A stretch of DNA of 64,000 nt from positions 54,494 to 118,493 of the forward strand of contig JANNLG010000016.1 of NCBI GenBank assembly GCA_031396695.1, written 5' to 3'. The DNA comes from Deltaproteobacteria bacterium (lineage in GTDB: Bacteria > Myxococcota_A > UBA9160 > SZUA-336). Positions 59,232 to 64,000 of this stretch are shown piece by piece. The notes beneath the pieces were generated by a model, which made no database searches, was not told the origin of the DNA, and worked only from the letters and a program-made list of their open reading frames with translations. Positions within the stretch are counted from its first letter, which is position 1, and each line of letters opens with the position of its first letter. Both the position numbers and the translations under genes were made by a program.

Positions 59232-60026
59232 CTAGAACAGCGCCAGCGGGAGCACTTCGGCGAGTCGCGTGATGTGGTGGTGGGGCTCGGCGCTGGCTCC
59301 GACACCGCTGCCGGGCGGCGGCGCGCCCTCTTCGCGGATCAGCGCGGTGGTCATGCCGAGCGCGCGCGCGCCGGTGATGTCCTGCTCGGGTGAGTCACCC
59401 ACGAAAAGCACCTGCTCCGGGCGGCAGCCCGCCTTCGCGCAGGCGTAGCGGTAGATGCCCGCGTCCGGCTTGCACGAGCGCGCCTCTTCGGAGCTGGTCC
59501 AGTGGTGGAGCAGCTTGGTCAGCCCGGCGCGCTCGAGCATCGGCTGCAGGTAGTCATCGTCGATGTTCGACACCACCGCGATGCGCAGCCCCGACGCGCG
59601 CAGCTCCTCGAGCGTCTCCACGCAATCGTCACGCAGGCTGAACTGCTCGGTGACGACCTTGCGCTGGCCGTCGATCAGGTTGCGCACCCACGCCTCGGTC
59701 GGCTCGGCGCCGAGCACGCGCGCGAAGCGCCGCCAGCTGTCCTCGAACAGCTCGCGGTGCAGGTAGTAGGGCCGCTCCTGCAGCGCACGGTAGGCGTCGC
59801 GCATGGCGTCGTTGTACGCGGCGCCGATCCGGCCGGGCTCGATCGGGATCTGGAGCGCCATGACCGCGTCGCGGATCACCGTGCCGGTGCCACCGCCGAC
59901 CTGGCGGTAGCTGAACAGCGTGCCGCCGAAGTCGAAGAACACGGCGGCGACGCGGGCTCTGCGGGCGGGGCGGCTTCCGTCGGTCGTCACGGGCGCGAGT
60001 CTCCACAGCGGCAGCCGCCGTGTCAA
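59232..60026 (-). CDS. HAD-IA family hydrolase
   Basis: FFDFGGTL motif I, SN motif II, KPD/GD motifs III/IV. The true start is probably an internal GTG (VAAVFFDFGG). Confidence 0.55.
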   Translation of the reverse strand: MTRRLPLWRLAPVTTDGSRPARRARVAAVFFDFGGTLFSYRQVGGGTGTVIRDAVMALQIPIEPGRIGAAYNDAMRDAYRALQERPYYLHRELFEDSWRRFARVLGAEPTEAWVRNLIDGQRKVVTEQFSLRDDCVETLEELRASGLRIAVVSNIDDDYLQPMLERAGLTKLLHHWTSSEEARSCKPDAGIYRYACAKAGCRPEQVLFVGDSPEQDITGARALGMTTALIREEGAPPPGSGVGASAEPHHHITRLAEVLPLALF

Positions 60027-60052
60027 AACCGCGTGCGGTAGAATCGCCGACC

Positions 60053-61327
60053 ATGAGTGAGGGCGAATCTTTTGCGGTCGCGGTGATCGGGGGCGCCACT
60101 GCCGGTGCCGAGGCGGCGGACATTTTCGCCAAGCAGGGCTTCCTCACGGTCGTGTTCGAGCAGAACGCGCGGCCCTACGGGAAGGTCGAAGACGGGCTGC
60201 CGCGCTGGCACATCGGCCTGCGCGCGAAGGAGTACGCGACCATCGACGCGAAGCTCTCGCAGCCGCACGTGCACTTCATCCCCAAGACGCGCATCGGAAA
60301 GGACGTCGACCTGCGGGAGCTGGCCGAGCGCTGGGGCTTCCACTGCGTGGTGCTCGCGAACGGCGCCTGGCGCGACCGCGCGCTGTCGGTGCCCGACGCG
60401 GAGAAGTGGGTCGGCAAGGGCCTCGTGTACCAGAACCCGTTCATCTACTGGTTCAACCACCGCCACGAGGCCGGCTTCGCGGGCGCGGCGTTCGAGGCGC
60501 TCGACGACACGATCGTGGTCGGCGGCGGGCTGGCCTCGATCGACGTCGTGAAGGCGATCAACCTGGAGCTCGCGCGCGGCGCGCTGGAAGAGCGCGGCAT
60601 CCACGCCGACCTCGAAGAGCTCGAGGTGAAGGGGATTCCGAAGGAGCTCGAGAAGCACGGGCTCACATGGGAGCAGCTCGGCTTCAAGGGCGCGACGCTC
60701 TTCTACCGTCGGCGCCCGGAGGACATGCCGCTCGTCACGATGCCCGACAATGCCGACGAGAAAGTGCGCACGAAGATCGAGAAGACGCGCGCCAACATGC
60801 TCGAGAAGGCGACCTCGAAGTTCCTGTTCAAGGTGCGGGCGCTGCGCGCGCCGCACTCGCTGATCATCGAAAACGAGCGCGTGGCCGGCATGCGCTTCGC
60901 GAGAACTAGAATGGACGGCGGCAAGCTCGTGCAGACCGACGAGCTCGAGGAAGTGCGCGGCTCGCAGGTGATCAGCTCGATCGGCAGCATCCCCGAGCCG
61001 ATCGAGGGCGTGCCGATGAAGGGCGAGCTGTACGGCTACAGCGATTGGGATCTCGGCCGGCTGCCCGAATTCCCCACCTTGTTCGCGGCGGGGAACGTCG
61101 TGACCGGCAAGGGCAACATCGTCGACTCGCGCAAGCACGCGAAGCACGTCGGCCAGCACGTGCGCGACCACTACTTCGCGGTCGCCGAGGGCGTGCGCGC
61201 GCTCGAGCCGATCGCGCCCGCTGCGCGCGACGCGCTGCTCGCGCGCGTGAAGTCGCGCCAGGACGAGGTCGGCTACGGCGAGTATTCGAGCTGGATCAAG
61301 GCCGCGCGCCCGCCCGAGTTCGTCTGA
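60053..61327 (+). CDS. FAD/NAD(P)-binding oxidoreductase
   Basis: ATG 60053 ([18 protein letters not shown] dinucleotide-binding GxGxxG); second nucleotide-binding region [11 protein letters not shown]. Confidence 0.6.
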   Translation: MSEGESFAVAVIGGATAGAEAADIFAKQGFLTVVFEQNARPYGKVEDGLPRWHIGLRAKEYATIDAKLSQPHVHFIPKTRIGKDVDLRELAERWGFHCVVLANGAWRDRALSVPDAEKWVGKGLVYQNPFIYWFNHRHEAGFAGAAFEALDDTIVVGGGLASIDVVKAINLELARGALEERGIHADLEELEVKGIPKELEKHGLTWEQLGFKGATLFYRRRPEDMPLVTMPDNADEKVRTKIEKTRANMLEKATSKFLFKVRALRAPHSLIIENERVAGMRFARTRMDGGKLVQTDELEEVRGSQVISSIGSIPEPIEGVPMKGELYGYSDWDLGRLPEFPTLFAAGNVVTGKGNIVDSRKHAKHVGQHVRDHYFAVAEGVRALEPIAPAARDALLARVKSRQDEVGYGEYSSWIKAARPPEFV

Positions 61328-61355
61328 TGGCGCGTCCGATGGCGCAGGGCGCGCG

Positions 61356-63365
61356 ATGACCAATCGGCTCGCGCAGGAAAGCAGCGCGTACCTGCGCCAG
61401 CACGCGCACAACCCGGTCGACTGGTACCCGTGGGGCGACGAAGCCTGGGCGCGCGCGCGCGCCGAGGACAAGCCGGTGCTGGTCTCGATCGGCTACTCGT
61501 CGTGTCACTGGTGTCACGTGATGGAGCGCGAGTCGTTCGAGGATCCGAACGTCGGCCGGCTCATGAACGAGCACGTGATCGCGATCAAGGTCGACCGCGA
61601 GGAGCGCCCCGACGTCGACCAGATCTACATGGAAGCGGTGCAGCGCATGACGGGCTCGGGCGGCTGGCCGCTCAACATGTTCTGCATGCCGGACGGCCGG
61701 CCGTTCATGGGCGGCACGTACTTTCCGCCGCGCCGCATGCACAACCGGCCGAGCTTCGCGGAAGTCGTGCTGGCCGTCTCGCGCGCCTGGACGACGCAGC
61801 GCGACGACGTGCTGAAGGCCGCCGACGAGGTGCTCGCGTCGCTCTCCGCGCGGCCCGAGGTCACCGCGCCCGATCCGCTCGGGCGCGAGTCGCTGTCGGT
61901 GCTGGTGCGCCAGATGATGGCGCGCGCGGATCGCCGCCACGGCGGCTTCGGCGCGGCGCCGAAGTTCCCCACGCCGACCAACCTCGAGGCGGTGCTGGCG
62001 GCCGTGCGGCTCGGCATCGCGCGCGGCGACGCGCTCGAGCACGTGGTGTTCACGCTCGAGAAGATGGCGCGCGGGGGAATCTTCGATCAGCTCGGCGGCG
62101 GCTTCCACCGCTACTCGACCGACGAGCGCTGGCTGGTGCCGCACTTCGAGAAGATGCTCTACGACAACGGCCAGCTCCTGCAGCTGTACGCCGAGGCGTA
62201 CCGGCAGACGGGCAACGAGAACCTGCGCTGGCCGGTCGAGGAGACCGTCACCTGGCTCGAGCGCGAGATGCGCGATCCCGCGGGCGGCTTCTACGCCAGT
62301 CAGGACGCGGACAGCGAGGGCGAGGAGGGACGCTTCTTCGTGTTCGGCCCCGACGAGGTCGCGGCGGTGCTCGGGCCCGAGCTCGGGCGCGAGTTCTGCG
62401 ACGCGTACGGCGTCGAGCCGCAGGGCACCTTCGAGCATTCGGGCAAGAGCGTGCTCACGCACGGGCTGGCGGGCGAGCGACCGCGTTTCGCCGAAGCGAG
62501 AGCGCGGCTCTTCGAAGCGCGCAGCGCGCGCGTCGCGCCCGCCACCGACCGCAAGAACGTGTGCGCGTGGATCGGCTACGCGATCTCCGGACTCGCGTCC
62601 GCGGGCACGGCCTTCGCGCGGCCCGATTGGATCGCGGCCGGCGCGCGCGCGGCCGAGTTCGTGCTGACGCGCATGTCCGACGGCGGTCGCAACCTGCTGC
62701 GCGTGTACGAGAACGGCGAGGCCAAGATACCCGCGTTCCTCGACGACCACGCAGCGATGATCCTGGCGCTGCTCGACCTGCAGCGCGCCGACGCGGATCC
62801 GCGCTGGGTCGCTTCGGCGCTGGTCGTCGCGGACGAGCTGCGCACGCGCTTCTACGACGCCGCCAAGCGCGAGCTCTACTTCACGTCGACGAGCGACGCG
62901 ACGCTGGTTCTGCGCCCCTCGAGCGACGGCGACGGCGCCACGCCCGCCGGCGCGGGGCTCGCGGTGCTGGCGTTGCTGCGGCTCGGCGAGCTCACCGCGC
63001 GCGCCGAGCTACGCGAGGTGGTCGAAGCGGTGTTCGAACGCGAAGGCCCGGTCGCGTCGCGCGCACCGCTCTATCTGCCCACGCTCACGCGTGCGGCGGC
63101 GCTGCACGAGACCGGCCTCGGACTCGCGCTCGTGCTCGGCGCACGCGACGACGCGCGCACGCAGGCGCTGGCCGCGCGGTCGCGAACGCTGCTCGGCCCC
63201 GAGGACGCGGTCGTGATCGTGCCGCCCGGCGAGACGCCCGCGTGGCTCGCGCCCGAGCTGCTCGAAGGCCGCACGCTGCGCGGCGGCGCGCCCACCGCAT
63301 ATCTGTGTCGGGGGCAGGTGTGCGGCCTGCCTGCGATCGATCCGGACGCGCTGCGGGTGCCCTGA
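61356..63365 (+). CDS. Thioredoxin-domain protein (DUF255/YyaL-like, N-acyl-glucosamine-2-epimerase-like fold)
   Basis: [13 protein letters not shown]...[25 protein letters not shown] is the DUF255 thioredoxin-like signature; 669 aa. Confidence 0.8.
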   Translation: MTNRLAQESSAYLRQHAHNPVDWYPWGDEAWARARAEDKPVLVSIGYSSCHWCHVMERESFEDPNVGRLMNEHVIAIKVDREERPDVDQIYMEAVQRMTGSGGWPLNMFCMPDGRPFMGGTYFPPRRMHNRPSFAEVVLAVSRAWTTQRDDVLKAADEVLASLSARPEVTAPDPLGRESLSVLVRQMMARADRRHGGFGAAPKFPTPTNLEAVLAAVRLGIARGDALEHVVFTLEKMARGGIFDQLGGGFHRYSTDERWLVPHFEKMLYDNGQLLQLYAEAYRQTGNENLRWPVEETVTWLEREMRDPAGGFYASQDADSEGEEGRFFVFGPDEVAAVLGPELGREFCDAYGVEPQGTFEHSGKSVLTHGLAGERPRFAEARARLFEARSARVAPATDRKNVCAWIGYAISGLASAGTAFARPDWIAAGARAAEFVLTRMSDGGRNLLRVYENGEAKIPAFLDDHAAMILALLDLQRADADPRWVASALVVADELRTRFYDAAKRELYFTSTSDATLVLRPSSDGDGATPAGAGLAVLALLRLGELTARAELREVVEAVFEREGPVASRAPLYLPTLTRAAALHETGLGLALVLGARDDARTQALAARSRTLLGPEDAVVIVPPGETPAWLAPELLEGRTLRGGAPTAYLCRGQVCGLPAIDPDALRVP

Positions 63366-63399
63366 CCGTGGCACTCGAGGCCGCGATGCGGAGGAAGCC

Positions 63400-64000
63400 G
63401 TGAAGATCCAACATTTCTTCGACGCCCCGTCCTCGACGCTGACCTATGTCGTGCACGACGGCCGCACGGGCATCGTGATCGACCCGGTGCGCGACTTCGA
63501 CCCGAAGAGCGGGCGTACGTCGTGGTCCTCTTCCGAGCAGGTCGCGGCCTACATCGCGCGCGAGAAGCTCCAGATTCCCTACGTGGTCGACTCGCACGCG
63601 CACGCGGATCACCTGACGGGTCTCCCGTTCTTCAAAGAACGCTACGGCGCGCGGTCGGTGACGGGCGCGCGGGTCGGCGAGGTGCAGCGCGCGTTTCGCG
63701 ACATCTACAACTTGGACCGCGCCTTCCCGGTCGACGGCCGTCAGTTCGACGTGCTGGTCGACGAGGGCAAACGGCTCGGCTTCGGCTCGCTCGAGATCGA
63801 GGCGCTCGACACTCCCGGGCACACGCCGGCGCACATGTCGTGGAAGGTCGGCGACGCGGTGTTCGTGGGCGACACGCTGTTCATGCCCGACTACGGCTCG
63901 GCGCGCTGCGACTTCCCCGGCGGGTCGGCCGCGACTCTCTACGACTCGATCCAGCGCCTGTACGCGATGCCGGAGGAGACACGGCTGTTCATGTGTCACG
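63400..64000 (+). CDS. MBL-fold metallo-hydrolase (partial, runs off window end)
   Basis: GTG 63400 with GGAGGA RBS; HAHADH zinc-binding motif; truncated at window end. Confidence 0.65.
   Translation, partial: MKIQHFFDAPSSTLTYVVHDGRTGIVIDPVRDFDPKSGRTSWSSSEQVAAYIAREKLQIPYVVDSHAHADHLTGLPFFKERYGARSVTGARVGEVQRAFRDIYNLDRAFPVDGRQFDVLVDEGKRLGFGSLEIEALDTPGHTPAHMSWKVGDAVFVGDTLFMPDYGSARCDFPGGSAATLYDSIQRLYAMPEETRLFMCH

Overview
High-GC (about 70% by eye) bacterial chromosomal segment, gene-dense on both strands. I call about 57 protein-coding genes and one tRNA-Asn(GTT) at 20585..20660. I found no rRNA, CRISPR array, transposase or integrase. The gene content (PEP-CTERM protein, DUF11 repeat surface proteins, an in-frame-TGA selenoprotein, tungsten-type AOR, SUF system) and GC content suggest a Myxococcota/deltaproteobacteria-like organism, but that is inference.

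Main landmarks:
- a complete Rrf2-sufBCDS-sufU-sufT Fe-S assembly operon (29236..35270);
- a tungsten/molybdenum aldehyde:ferredoxin oxidoreductase operon with moaD and two moeA genes (49265..55292);
- speA plus an HSD10-like SDR;
- a PrpD/MmgE + PEP-mutase-family + acyl-CoA synthetase operon;
- a split GHMP-kinase/nucleotidyltransferase sugar-activation pair;
- a BrnT/BrnA toxin-antitoxin pair in an AT-richer islet;
- a tandem family of secreted DUF11-repeat proteins ending in a giant (1834 aa) surface protein.

The most interesting region is a translationally coupled minus-strand operon (24801..29123). It runs gamma-carbonic anhydrase -> HupE/UreJ-like metal permease -> an 876-aa lipoprotein fusing a ChaN-type domain, a CPTC thioredoxin-like domain and an unknown ~430-aa domain -> a small protein whose two halves are joined by an in-frame TGA reading Sec-Gly-Ser-Cys (UGSC), with a SECIS-like hairpin 7 nt downstream. 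A PEP-CTERM sorting-signal protein sits immediately downstream, and the Rrf2/suf operon is divergent from it.

Many long Arg/Ala-rich ORFs in the six-frame track are high-GC frame shadows and are rejected. Gene starts are approximate where noted.
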